From NCBI GenBank assembly GCA_000002445.1, contig CM000207.1, forward strand, positions 2,912,001 through 2,976,000: a stretch of DNA of 64,000 bases, read 5' to 3'. The stretch comes from Trypanosoma brucei (taxonomy: Eukaryota). A model generated the notes under the pieces. It was given only the letters and a program-made list of their open reading frames with translations. It ran no database searches and had not been told where the DNA came from. A program made the position numbers and the translations under genes. Positions 11,950 through 23,203 of this stretch are shown here, piece by piece. Within the stretch, counting starts at the first letter, position 1; every line of letters starts with the position of its first letter.

Positions 11950-13330
11950 ATCCCTGGTGACGCCGGCAACCTCATCGTGGCGCCAGGCTCTAGTGCTTCG
12001 TTCACGAGGAAGTCAAGTGCCTGCATTATACCCAGTCCGACAGGATTGGGGCGGGTAGCAGGCTTTTGGCGACAAGAAAAGGAGCAAGCAGCAGTATCGG
12101 CAGTCTGTGGTGAAGAAATATATTATACTGCTCCTCTGCACGTGCGACCGCGCTTCGATTGGAATACATGGGCTTTTACTACTTTTTAGCGGAGATGTGG
12201 AAGAGAATCCCTGCCATATGATTTGTGGAGCACAGTGAAATTCTGGGTGTCTCTCTCAGGCTAAGCGGATCGCCTTAAAGAAGAAGCACCAGGAGGATTG
12301 TATGCTATTTTGTCAGCTGCAGGAGATTCACTCGGCTCCAGCGGGACGTAAAGTTCTTAGAATAAGCCAATACCAGCATGTAGGATGGCAGGTTCTTCAC
12401 GTGGTGGTGGGGTATCAATTTTAGTCAAAGATATTGTGGAAGTCATCCAAAGTCCGAAGGAGGAGTTTCTGCTAGAAAGAGTCTCGGCAACGTTTATATT
12501 TTAAGCTGAGTCAAATTTGACAGTCACTTCAGTTTATTTTCCTAGAAAATCGATGGTTTCAAAAACATAGTTGGAACAATTAGCGGTATAAAGCGGTTCT
12601 CTTGTAGTAGGGGCAGATTTCAACTCACATCATGTGTTGCGGAACCCACTGCAGAATAATGACAACAAAGGGGAGTGTATTGTGTATTGGTGTATCGAAA
12701 ACGATACTAAGATAGCAAACACCAGAAAAGAAACCCTTCGTCAGGCGGGAACGGCTGTATTTCCGTTAAGAGACATCATAATGTACAGACACGTGAGGTA
12801 TAAAGTCGGACAACCATACTGAGTCCTGATAGTGACCATTTTTGGATCACTTTTGGCGTTTTTGTGAGTTGTGGTGCAGAGGTGATTGCACCCTCAAAAC
12901 CTGACCAGGGCTTTATACGCATTGGAATAAAGCGCATTGGAATGACTTCAGAGCGGTGAGTGATAAGTTCATTTTCAACAAGACTAAAGAAAAAATAAAG
13001 GATGCCGAAGCACTAAATAAAGCCATCAGGAGAAGCACAAGACAAGCAGCAAAGAAAACTATACCAAAGACAAAGGTGTATCACTGCCTTTCTGGACAAA
13101 GGAATTAAAAAATAAAATAAGCAGATAATGAAATATCGGGATGGACGTGGGAGAGACGTGCTGATTAGATGGAGAAAGAAGGCAATGTATATTACACTTT
13201 ACATTCAAGCATAAGTAACTGCAATATAAGATGTTATGCATCGCTAGTCATCACTACCCATTGGACAAAATAATAAAGAAATTAATTGCATCACGCATGG
13301 TCTCCATTAGTGTCTCCTTCACGAAGGAAA
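11950..13330 (+). mobile_element. Degenerate ingi/RIME-related retroelement fragment (DIRE-like): RIME-type 5' end CCCTGGTGACGCCGGCAACCTCATCGTGGCGCCAGG, degenerate 2A-like SGDVEENPCH, decayed AP-endonuclease region
   Basis: 5' terminus near-identical to the ingi 5' ends at 22205 and 48415. Conceptual translation parallels the ingi ORF N-terminus (2A motif, then an endonuclease-like WVSLSG..., ...ANWRNFRLKVDEL-like later) but carries many stops. The 3' limit is uncertain. Confidence 0.5.
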
Positions 13331-15717
13331 ATGCAGTGATAACGTTGTTTGTTTATTATGTGTAAACTTAGTGTAAGCTAACGTAAGTAAATAAACAAAT
13401 GGACATTGAAATAAGCAAATTAATAACGGGAAACTAATCAAGAGACGCGTCATCGCAACATACTACCCTAATAACTAATAAGAAAAAATAGACGTATTTA
13501 CAAAATAATGGATATGAAACCGAGTATGTGTAACAAAAACTGATGTTATTTTTTTTTCGGTCATATCTAGTGGCACGATTAATATACAATCAAAAGCACT
13601 GAGGTCAGAGGTGCACAAGTTGGACAATCATCCTGTTATTTGTATCTGCGTAAATTTTTAAGTGTGTTTTTATATCTTACAGATAATACTTCAAAAAAAA
13701 GATCATATTCTATTATTTGATCAACGTCAGATTAAATTCTCTTTATTCTCACTTTACAACCATTTCGTTTAATTCCACAACTTATATGCTCATGGACGCT
13801 TGCCCAATGTTGCAGTTGCTTCACTTCTCTCTTCATTCGTGGTGACATGCCAAAAAAAAACATGTGCGCTTGACTGCTTCTCATAATAAATAAAAGTAGA
13901 TAAATACATATGATTTGTACAACTTTAGACACTTTATGAAGGATTTCTCATTTGTAATCAGATCAAACAATTATAATTTGATCTCACTGTGCGCTCTTAT
14001 GACGAAGAAAATATACATCATAAGTTAAGAAAAGCACGAGGATATCTGTTATAATTTTAATAACGCACTCTGATGTATAATAACTATCATTTGAATTTTA
14101 ACGAATCGATTTGTCAAGTTTCATGCACGCACCTCTATGCCGTTTCATATGTTTGCATTGAGTGGTAGCAAGAGTTTCATGACAGTAACCGCAGCAAAAT
14201 AAATAACGTATTGGAAAAAATGTATAATTCCAGGCTGAACATGTGCTTTCTTCAAAGTGTTTGTATTTGAATGCATATTATGTAGAATACGGTGCTTCCA
14301 GTATTATTAAATACAGAAATATGTTGAAGGAACCATATGAATCACCACCGTATCCGAAGATACATTGATAAATTCACTGTTTCTACGCAATAAGAAGCAG
14401 TTAGTACTGTCGCTTCACAATATTTCTTAACGTAATGCAAAAACATTATGCACATCAAAAAAAACATTTCAGTTGTTACACACAATAAACTACTCTCGTT
14501 CTTTTCTTCCAATCAAAATGCAACATCACTAAAGAAAGAAAGTCACAGATATTATATGAATATTCGCTTTTTCATATGTTCGTTGAAATATAAAAACAAA
14601 TGAGGAAATTCGTCAAAAAGACATGACGTGTTTCGAGGAAGAAAACGGAAGTATAAAAATTATGAGAGTAAGAATAAATGTAGCATCCAAATTATCTTTA
14701 ATTCCGTTGTGGTACAATTATATGAAAAATATAATTAGTCCAGTTGATTCAATATATAAGCGGATAGAGTTTGGATGATATCAAACAAAAAAGTTCCTTC
14801 GCCAGTATATTTTTTACAAGGTGTGGAATGTGAATTAAAAAATGGGAAACGTATTTTGAGTCCGAAAGACATTATTTTGCGTGTATATGCATAAATTTGT
14901 ATGTGTGTTATGAATATTGTGTAACACCATAAGTGCCATACTGTTGAAATTCCATGCACATGCATCACGGGTTCTGCACTTTTATCAAGTAACATATGCA
15001 TTTATTAACATAAAAAAGGAGCAAACAAATGGAATGCTGCGTTTCTTGCGATATGTCATTTGTTTTTTCACGGTAAAGATATGTGGGTTTAATAAAACAA
15101 AAAATAAAGAATGGAGGAAGTGGCATAATCAAATTAGATGTAAAATCTCTTTGACCCACATAAATAATTAATTATTTATTCTTTACCACAGCGGCACTGC
15201 AGGCGAAGGGATGTGGTGATGAATTTGGCGCACAGGCGAAACTAAACAGAAAACATCAAATTAAGTAATATACGCTTATGGAAGAAACAACAGCAATACA
15301 GCGCAGAGCCGGTACAAAACTAAAGCCGCTCAGACGCAATAGATTTATTAACTGGATGAAAACATTACCGCATGACAGTTATTTTCTACAATAATATTTT
15401 GGTGTAACTTTGTGTTTCGGTGATAATGTGTTTGTCTCTCTGGGAAGAAGCAGCGGCGCTGCGCGTGAAAAGTTTTGACTAAAATCAACTAGCGAATCAT
15501 ATGCGCCTCCGTCCTATTTTCCACCATCCTTCAATTGCAGAATTTTACCAAAATAAATAAAGAGGTGGATAGGAACGAGGAAGGTTCAAAAAAAAAAAAA
15601 CGTATCAAACACCACATTTGAAAGGACCATAAAATTACACACAAAACTCCGCGGTGATAACCAAAAATAGCTGCAGTAACTGTACGCACAGAAAAGGGAT
15701 TGGGGAGGTGGCAGGGA

Positions 15718-15743
15718 ACACACACACACACACACACACACAC
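15718..15743. repeat. (CA)13 microsatellite
   Basis: Direct read: cacacacacacacacacacacacacg. Confidence 0.9.
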
Positions 15744-17590
15744 GTAACAAAGTAGATTTAGAAAAATATCACAAACTTATTCTGAGGTGAAAAAGAAAAA
15801 AGTCAAGAAAAAAAGCGCCATTACGTCACTTCACTTGGGCTCACCATTTCGATAATGTCATCTCTTCACTATTATGAAAATAAATTAATTAACAGTGTTT
15901 TTCCTTCAGCAGTAGCGCACAGGGAAGTGAAACAACCACGGGATAAAGAGATGGTTGATAATTTATTGCATTCGCTTCACCAATAAGGGACCGTAAAACA
16001 ACAACAACAACAACTAATTAGTACAAGCCAACTGCGAAAATGGGATACCTGTACAGAATTAATTTTGTCCTCTTTGGTGTGGGGAAGAGGAAGGAGTGGG
16101 GATGTCAGCTAAAAAAAAAACAACGCAACTGCAGCCGCTTGCATTTTGGTTCCCCTTCCCCACGTTTTTCGAGGACATGTTTGTAGAGGGGCAGAAGCAT
16201 AACGGCGTTACTCCACGCGTCAAGCCGCTGCTTCATAAATTAAGTGGAATAAACTCCTTAAAGACTACAACTGTTTCCAATAGCCAATACGCCGCATCAT
16301 CGTCACAAACCGAAAGATGTTGTTTCGTACATTTTAAAGGATTTGACCTCATGAGAGAACGAAACTGCCAGGCACCACACCGCCGCAATGCAACATTTCC
16401 ATCAGCCACATTTTGAGAAATCATTAAATCCACTAAAAGGCATGACAAAAATCACCGGGCCTTCTTTTAAGTTCAACTTCATTCGATCTTTTGTCAAGTG
16501 ACATGAGTGAGTTTGTGTGTACCGACACATATTTAGCATTAACTTCATGGGAGGCACAATACTGTTTTCGGAAAGAATTTGCAGGAACGTGGCGGCAGCA
16601 TCTTCCACATCACTTTTAAATGTGGCGTGTGGACTTACCTGACGCTGCCAATGCGACCATGAGGAAGTTGAAGTTGTGCGACATGCCTGAATTGCAAAAT
16701 ACAAGGAGAGATATAACAAATCAAAGTGTTTAGAAACATGTGGTGATGAACAGGCTTCCTGACAGGACTGCAATGGTGGCATGAGCCCCTCAACATCATC
16801 ATCATGAACGTCATCTACCGTCCAAACAGTTGTGCACGGGACAGCAGCCACAATGCTATTTTGTGGAATCGAAGCGAGGGTAGAAATAAGTTTCAGAGGA
16901 AAACCGTCTTGAGGAAAAGAGCGGCAACGAATATATGGAGCAACACCAATTTTTTTTTTTTGGAATTTTCTTCGTGCCTTCGTGGGAGTTTCCCCCCACT
17001 GGCGCGGCCATCAGCCATCACTGTAGATCCCTGAGATGCTATCGGTCTGGCGACTGTGGCAGAGTCTCCATTTTTTATTCAGCCTAACACACTCTCTATA
17101 ATTTTTGTTGTAGCTCCGCAGTTGAACGGAATACAGCAGATGGGGCAAGAAGCCCCCCACTCCAGACTCTCCAAAAGATGTCAATTAGCAATCCTTTTGT
17201 TTTGATTTTTGTTATTCGTTTATTATTCTCTCCCCTCTTTCTGTTTCTGTTGCTTGTTCACTGCATACCCCCTCTGTCTCTGAGGGGTCTGGACTATTCC
17301 TGCGTTCGGTGCTTTTCCTGCTAGCTCCACACCCGGCAATAAGGGGGAAAGTTGCAGAAGGGAGAGTGGGTTGTATGACTGTTACATTAGGGGAGGACTT
17401 CACCTGCGGCCGGCTCCGTTCAACCGCAATGAGAAATTGCGCCAGCCTTTTGGAGAAACATACATCCTGCACACACACTCACCTTCTACAGCAAACCTGA
17501 CACGTAACTCCTTCAAACCGGGACAGCTCATCAAGTGCAGCGACGTTTCTTTGCAGTCGCCGCTTTCGCTGGTAACAGCGCGCTCTACCT

Positions 17591-18670
17591 TCACACCGTG
17601 CATCTTCTTTTGATGTAAGGTGAGGCCAGTTTTGCTAGCACACTGCCTTCCGCATGTGGGCACATCAACATGGATGTGTTTGTATGCGGGGAATCAGTGG
17701 CACACAATTTTGTGCTTTTGCTGCATTTAAGCTCGACTCCCTCACCTTTGTGGAAAGCCTTACAGTGTCGGATGAGGGAGTCCCTGCAACTGAGAACTTT
17801 TTGGCACACACCACACTGCACCTCGCCCTTTCCTGGGACGTCAACGTTTCCCTCACGGGCACGCTTACGAGGGAATTGCACCACCATCACGGTACCTTCC
17901 TCCGTCACTATGCTCTTATGTTTGAATTTCTTGTGTAGTGACAGAGAAGAACGTGTACCGAAGCTCGCCTCGCACAGGTCACATTGAAATGGCAGCTTCC
18001 GTGTATCCTGAGGGGCTGGCGCTGCTGGGACGCTACCATCTCCTTGCAATGAGTCCTCGTTCTCTCGCCCCCTTTTCACACGGAAACTACCGCTGCCTAT
18101 GCCATGTATCGTTTGAAGGTGGTGTAATAGTCGGCCTGGCACTGCGAATTTGGAGGCACAGAGGGTACAATGAAGCACCTGCAGTCTCATCGGGACTCGT
18201 GTGCTCGATGGTAAAGGAACGATTGCCACCACTGGAGGGGGCTCCGGGGGGATATCCACTGCAGGTCTTGCATCGCCGTATTTGATCCTCCGGAGGGCAT
18301 CAGCTCGCACAAAGCCGTGTTTGTTTACCATGTGCGTTACAGCACTCGACCGGCATTGGTATGTGGCATTGCATTCCGTACATTTGGTCGGTTCGGAGGT
18401 TCTCTGAAGAGTGCGTGTCGCAACAGTTGGGGCTGTTTGCATTGTTGGCCCTATCGCTGCATGTTGTGGGTTACACCATCGGCACTGTGGAGGCACACTC
18501 GGGTTGATCTTTCGCAACATCCATCCATAGTGTCTTGAAGACCCAACCCGAAAGCGTGCCACTGTTGTTTCTTCTTCCCTCGTCAGTTCTTCTTTATGTT
18601 TTGTTGGAAAGTGGTTGCCCGTGATACCAAACCTATGAGTATTCTCATGGACTTCTTCCGACCTAAGCAC
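17591..18670 (-). CDS. ingi ORF C-terminal segment (359 aa): C2H2 zinc-finger/nucleic-acid-binding domain
   Basis: Repeated C-x2-C...H-x3-H fingers (CTECNATYQCRSSAVTHMVNKHG; CTLCASKFAVPGRLLHHLQTIHG; CDLCEASFGTRSSLSLHKKFKH; CGVCQKVLSCRDSLIRHCKAFH). Confidence 0.8.
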   Translation of the reverse strand: MLRSEEVHENTHRFGITGNHFPTKHKEELTREEETTVARFRVGSSRHYGWMLRKINPSVPPQCRWCNPQHAAIGPTMQTAPTVATRTLQRTSEPTKCTECNATYQCRSSAVTHMVNKHGFVRADALRRIKYGDARPAVDIPPEPPPVVAIVPLPSSTRVPMRLQVLHCTLCASKFAVPGRLLHHLQTIHGIGSGSFRVKRGRENEDSLQGDGSVPAAPAPQDTRKLPFQCDLCEASFGTRSSLSLHKKFKHKSIVTEEGTVMVVQFPRKRAREGNVDVPGKGEVQCGVCQKVLSCRDSLIRHCKAFHKGEGVELKCSKSTKLCATDSPHTNTSMLMCPHAEGSVLAKLASPYIKRRCTV

Positions 18671-18700
18671 TCGCTTCGCATAAGCAATGATGTCGGGGAT

Positions 18701-21523
18701 CTATGTGTCTCGAAACTGTGGTAAATCTGCGGACTTTTTGGCCATTTCATTACAAACCTCATTCCGTTTCACGCCACAATGGCCAAACACAAATTGCTGT
18801 CGGATACGTATCTTCCTTCTCTGAACTTGAAGCAGAAGCCTCCATAGTCGTCTCAGAATTGGGTCCGTTACGGCTAGGGGGCCTGTCTGCAGTGCTGTTA
18901 ACATTGACAGCGAGTCAGAGAAGATGGACAACCTGCTCAGTGTGCTTCTGTATGCCGGAAGCCATTTCAGCAGCCGTTGCAGCCCTATCTCTAATGCTAC
19001 GCATTCCGCTCTGTAACTGCATGAGAGTTCCCCTGCTCCCGTTTTGGGTGCACAAATCAGCGTGTTGTTTCTATAGAGCAGGGCAGCTGCTCCGGACTTC
19101 TTACCGAGGGACACGGATCCATCAGTCCACAATTCGTAGTGCTCTCGCCGCGGTGGCTCCTTCCCCCTCCGTGCAAAATGCCGTGCAATCCACTTTTCGG
19201 AAGCCTCCCTTTTGACATCGTCAGGGTCATCAGCGCACACAGGCTTTATCTGCGTGTGAAACATCGGTCGGCAGCTGTGGCGGAGCGTCGCTGTCTCTAG
19301 TGGGTGCTCGCGTGGCTCAATGCGGAGGTGGGGGTAGGACCGCATGATGCGGGAATGTAAGACTCTGACTGCATGTTTGCTGTGGTATACTTCTTCAGCA
19401 CTGCGCCGTAAACATCCGCCTCGTGACTCACACATCAGCATGAATTTCATGCTGCGCACAAGAGTGGTCGTCTTGAGTGGCAGGAGGTTTGCTTGCAGCA
19501 GAGAGTTCTCTTTGCGCGTCCCATGCGGTATGCCAGCTATGATGCGACTGGCTTTGTGTTGTGCTGCTGCAAGGAGGTCGCGACTTCGTTTTGAAGCGTC
19601 CCAGTACCATACCTCAATGCCATACATGGTGTGTGCCTGTACGAGTGCTACGTAAAAAGCTCTCAGTACTTGTCGTCTTGGCCCCCATGTAGAAGCTGAG
19701 ATGGCTGCTATATGCAGTAGTCTCAAGTCCATGTTGCGTCTCGTTTCGGCTGCATGTGTTGCCATCCCTTGCAGACACTGGAATGTTACTCCTAGAAGCT
19801 TCGGTGTCCTGTCAGCTCCTATTCTTTCGCCGTCCAGTTGTAATGTAAGGGGGTGGCGCTCTATACACCCGAAGAGTGTGCACTTTGTTTTCGCTACGTT
19901 TACAGACATAAAGTACTCTTTTGACCACTGTAACACCACGTTGAGGCCGCATTGCAGTGTGTGGTTGATGACATCCCTCTCTGTGTGCCTCGCAAGTAGC
20001 GTTAGGTCGTCTGCAAAGAATCCGTGCTGCAGTAACGGCACTTCTGCAAGGCGTTGGCTCAACGAGTTCATGACAATAATGAACATGATTGGGCCAAGGA
20101 CAGTTCCTTTTGGCACTCCTCGCTCAAATGTTCTGCTTCTGGAAAGCTTCTCCTTGAATCTCACTCTGCCAGTTCGGTTACTCAGAAATGATACGCACCA
20201 CTTCACAATGTGGTGTGATACCTTCATTCTGTGCATTTCCCTCGCAACTTTGTCGTGGTCTACTGTATCGAATGCCTTCTCGTAGTCAACGAATACAGCA
20301 CCCGTATGAGATTGGTGCGTGGGACGGCAGAGGGCGGCACGGACCTGCAGGAGTTGTTCGAGCGTTGAGCATCCGGAGCGAAAGCCTGATTGCTGCGGCG
20401 TCAGCTGGGACTCAACAGTATCTCTAAGCCTCGCGGCAATTATGCGTTCCATGACTTTGCAGAGACAGCTCGTGAGCGTCACAGGCCTGTAAGAATCGAG
20501 GTCCTCCGCCTTTTTTCCGGCCTTCAGGATGGGGATGATAACACCAGTCTTCCATGCAGGCGGCACGACTCCCGTTCGTAGGCTCTCATTGAATAGCCTC
20601 AGAACAACATTCAGCGCTGTTCTACCGAGATGTTGCAGTGCCTCGTTGTGTAAGCAATCAGGTCCGGCTGCGGATCCACTCGGTAGCAGTTTGATCGATC
20701 TCCGTAGTTCAGCCATCGTGATGGGACTGAACTCACTCGCTATCGTCTTTATGGGTGCCGGTGGGTGTGAGTCGGGGTGCCTTCTTGCGCGGGACGAGTA
20801 CAGTTTACTGAACCTCTCAGCTTGACGGTAGTCCGTGATGGCCGCGTTATCAACAAGTACAGCCGGTGTGGTTAGTGGTCGTGGCGCGTATACCTTCTTG
20901 ACAATGTGCCAACTGCAGCGGTCTGACACCGCAAGTCTGGAGCATAGTGTGCTCCATCTCTTCTTTGTGGTACGGTCCAGGATCTGCTTACGTGTGGCTA
21001 CCAACTTTTCCCTTCGGTGGGAGGGTCCGCATCCAGGGATCTCTTCATCGAGTTTCGCGAGCTCAGGTGTCCAATGTGGTGGCGTTGCTCTGCAGCCACG
21101 GGGGACGGAGACCTTCGTCGCAATACGGATGGCGGAGCTCAATTTCTGTTCCAGGGTGTTGACGTTCTTCTCTCTACCAATTTTCCTGCAGAGCTCGTCA
21201 ACCTTGAGACGGAAATTCCTCCAGTTAGCTTTTAGCCATGCGTACATGGGCTTTCGAAGCCGCGGGCAACTCAGTGCATCTGTGTCGTCTCCAACGATAA
21301 CGTCGAAAAATATGTGATGGTGATCGCTATAGGGAGAATACAGCGATGTCCACGTGTACACTGTGCAATTCCTTGAGAGTGTCACATCAGGGGTGGACTC
21401 CCCGTGGTGGCGCGCGTACCTGGTGGACTCACCAGTGTTGCAGACCAGAAACTGGTTGTTAATGCACCACTGTGTGAGGGTTTCACCCTTGGTATTTGGT
21501 GGGTTCGCGCGATCCCATGCCAA
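18701..21523 (-). CDS. ingi ORF central segment (940 aa): AP endonuclease C-part, reverse transcriptase, RNase H
   Basis: RT motifs (..VTLTSCLCKVMERIIAARL.., FVDYEKAFDTVDHDKV, FADDLTLLA) and an RNase H-like C-part (ELWTDGSV...FGHCGVKRNEVCNEMAKK). Confidence 0.85.
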   Translation of the reverse strand: MAWDRANPPNTKGETLTQWCINNQFLVCNTGESTRYARHHGESTPDVTLSRNCTVYTWTSLYSPYSDHHHIFFDVIVGDDTDALSCPRLRKPMYAWLKANWRNFRLKVDELCRKIGREKNVNTLEQKLSSAIRIATKVSVPRGCRATPPHWTPELAKLDEEIPGCGPSHRREKLVATRKQILDRTTKKRWSTLCSRLAVSDRCSWHIVKKVYAPRPLTTPAVLVDNAAITDYRQAERFSKLYSSRARRHPDSHPPAPIKTIASEFSPITMAELRRSIKLLPSGSAAGPDCLHNEALQHLGRTALNVVLRLFNESLRTGVVPPAWKTGVIIPILKAGKKAEDLDSYRPVTLTSCLCKVMERIIAARLRDTVESQLTPQQSGFRSGCSTLEQLLQVRAALCRPTHQSHTGAVFVDYEKAFDTVDHDKVAREMHRMKVSHHIVKWCVSFLSNRTGRVRFKEKLSRSRTFERGVPKGTVLGPIMFIIVMNSLSQRLAEVPLLQHGFFADDLTLLARHTERDVINHTLQCGLNVVLQWSKEYFMSVNVAKTKCTLFGCIERHPLTLQLDGERIGADRTPKLLGVTFQCLQGMATHAAETRRNMDLRLLHIAAISASTWGPRRQVLRAFYVALVQAHTMYGIEVWYWDASKRSRDLLAAAQHKASRIIAGIPHGTRKENSLLQANLLPLKTTTLVRSMKFMLMCESRGGCLRRSAEEVYHSKHAVRVLHSRIMRSYPHLRIEPREHPLETATLRHSCRPMFHTQIKPVCADDPDDVKREASEKWIARHFARRGKEPPRREHYELWTDGSVSLGKKSGAAALLYRNNTLICAPKTGAGELSCSYRAECVALEIGLQRLLKWLPAYRSTLSRLSIFSDSLSMLTALQTGPLAVTDPILRRLWRLLLQVQRRKIRIRQQFVFGHCGVKRNEVCNEMAKKSADLPQFRDT

Positions 21524-21752
21524 CTCGCGTGTGCGTTAGCGTCTGCACCGATGAGCTGGGCACCGTCAGTCGTCAGAAGCGTATCTATGTCAGTTGCCGT
21601 GAAAGTGTGTTTTGGTGGGATGTATGCCGACGTGACACTAGCGCCGTTCCACGTGCAATGTGAATTGTTGCATGCACTTGTTCAATGCGACCAACAACGA
21701 GTCTACCGGTATAGACTGGCATGTGCTACCTCACTAGTATTGATACACCACC

Positions 21753-22196
21753 TCATTTGCAGTTACGAGCTATTCTGTGATTTTGGTAGCCAGCAACGCT
21801 AAAGCAAGCCGCCTCTCCAGGCGTCATCCTTGTCTCGCTCAACAGACAAAAGGCGATCCGCTCATCAACAAGGGTTTTGTGGAGTGCTAATCTCTTTCCT
21901 TGAGATAGCCCGGCGCAGTTCCACTGCATCCCGCGCAACGACGGGCCGGGATTCTCTTTCACATCACCGGACAGCAGCATCTTAGTGCGGATGATACTGC
22001 TGATGGCACGCTGGCACGTGCCCAGGGACCGACAAATGAAAGACGGTGTCCCAGCAAGACGCTGCTGATCCCTGTGCTGTATAATGCCGTAGCCGGAGCA
22101 CAGCAGTGTTCCCCATGAAAGGAACGCTGCTGGTTCTTGGCTTCCCCCGATGATACGGGGTACTGGACCCTGGCACCACGTTGAGGTGGCCGGCAT
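21753..22196 (-). CDS. ingi ORF N-terminal segment (147 aa) with 2A-like peptide ...MLLSGDVKENPGPSLRGMQWNCAGLSQGKRLALHKTL...
   Basis: Contains the D-x-E-x-NPGP-type 2A motif (DVKENPGP) followed by the AP-endonuclease N-terminus. Separated from the next segment by a frame disruption. Confidence 0.8.
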   Translation of the reverse strand: MPATSTWCQGPVPRIIGGSQEPAAFLSWGTLLCSGYGIIQHRDQQRLAGTPSFICRSLGTCQRAISSIIRTKMLLSGDVKENPGPSLRGMQWNCAGLSQGKRLALHKTLVDERIAFCLLSETRMTPGEAACFSVAGYQNHRIARNCK

Positions 22197-22211
22197 CGCC
22201 AGGGGCCGTAG

Positions 22212-23054
22212 TTGTACTGCGCCGATGGCGTGTGTACGGCATGTTTGCCTAATAATGACTTAAAAATCACGAGGAGTGCTTCCAGTAGTGCTGTTTTTTT
22301 AAGTATTTCGCCACTATTGTCGCTTTGGGTGCTGGGCCACAGGCTTCGCTGGCGAACTTGTTTCTGGTTGAGCTCCCGTTGCTTATACAACCTGCGGCAG
22401 CCGTTTCGTCCGAGTTGTCGCCGCAACGGTAGGCTAGGCCGTTGGCTAGAGATGTGCCGACCTTGTTGTCTGCGCTACCGTCATTGCCGCATGCTGCGTT
22501 GCCGCCGCTGCCGAGCGTTGACTGCCAGGTACCCTTTGCTTCTGTGTTTCCTTCGCCGTACAGAACCTCCTTTAGGTCAGTATTTATCGTTATCGTTGTC
22601 TTGTCCTTGGGCAACGCCGCTTTTTCTGCTTCGAGGTTAGCTATCGCTTCCGGTGCTTGTTGTTGTATACCGGATCGAAGTGGACCGGCGGTTATACATG
22701 TAATTTTTGCCAGTATATTTCCTATCTTTTTTTTGCCTAAATCTTTTTTTTAGTTGTGCCCAGGTGTTCTTATGTTTTGCGTAGTTCTTGTCCTTTTGAT
22801 GGTCTTGGACGTCGTCGAAGTTACTTCCGAAGAATTCTTCATCTGCTGCCGACATGTTATTGATGACTAACGTTTTTTGTTTCAGATTCTAGTGTTGGTT
22901 CAGCCTCGTTTCCAGTGGTTGAAGTCCCCTGTTCGCACGTGGTAAATAGTTGACACATTAGCGCGAATTCTTTGATATTGTGTCCTGCTGTCGGTGCACA
23001 TTTATCCGCAAAAAGGACCACTTTTATTGCTACCACTAATGTGGTTTGAAACAT
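22212..23054 (-). pseudogene. VSG: VSG 5' fragment: signal peptide plus N-terminal domain pieces (ORFs 22857-23054, 22637-22855, 22267-22614), ending within a few nt of the ingi copy 1 5' end
   Basis: MFQTTLVVAIKVVLFADKCAPTAGHNIKEFALMCQL... then ...KEVLYGEGNTEAKGTWQS...CGNDGS..., typical B-type VSG N-domain. No C-terminal domain follows, and the ingi 5' end starts at about 22205. Confidence 0.6.
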
Positions 23055-23203
23055 AGTGTGTGCCTCCTTGGTTCCTGTATATCGTTAGCGTTTGTTGAGA
23101 AGAGGTTTGTTTTGAAACATTGACATCATATGTGAAGAGTTTAATTTTTTATCGCTGTTAATATGCAACGTAAGGGTGACTTCATTTGATGATATTGTGA
23201 TGT

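Larger units (their letters stand above)
16949..22205 (-). mobile_element. ingi: ingi non-LTR (LINE-like) retrotransposon, full length (about 5.26 kb), copy 1, antisense to the plus strand; ORF broken into three main segments
   Basis: 5' end (reverse complement at 22185-22205) GGCCCCTGGCGATGCCGGCCACCTCAACGTGGTGCCAGGGTCCAGTAC. ORF segments encode 2A-like DVKENPGP, AP endonuclease, RT (FVDYEKAFDTVDHD), RNase H and C2H2 zinc fingers. The 3' end is an A13 tail (T-run at 16949-16961 on plus). Confidence 0.9.

Noticed and set aside
16096-16851. ORFs 16096-16416 (+, 106 aa) and 16402-16851 (minus, 149 aa) as candidate genes
   Set aside because: No recognisable domains, motifs, signal peptides or family resemblance. 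They lie in an AT-rich spacer. Left unannotated rather than called hypothetical proteins.
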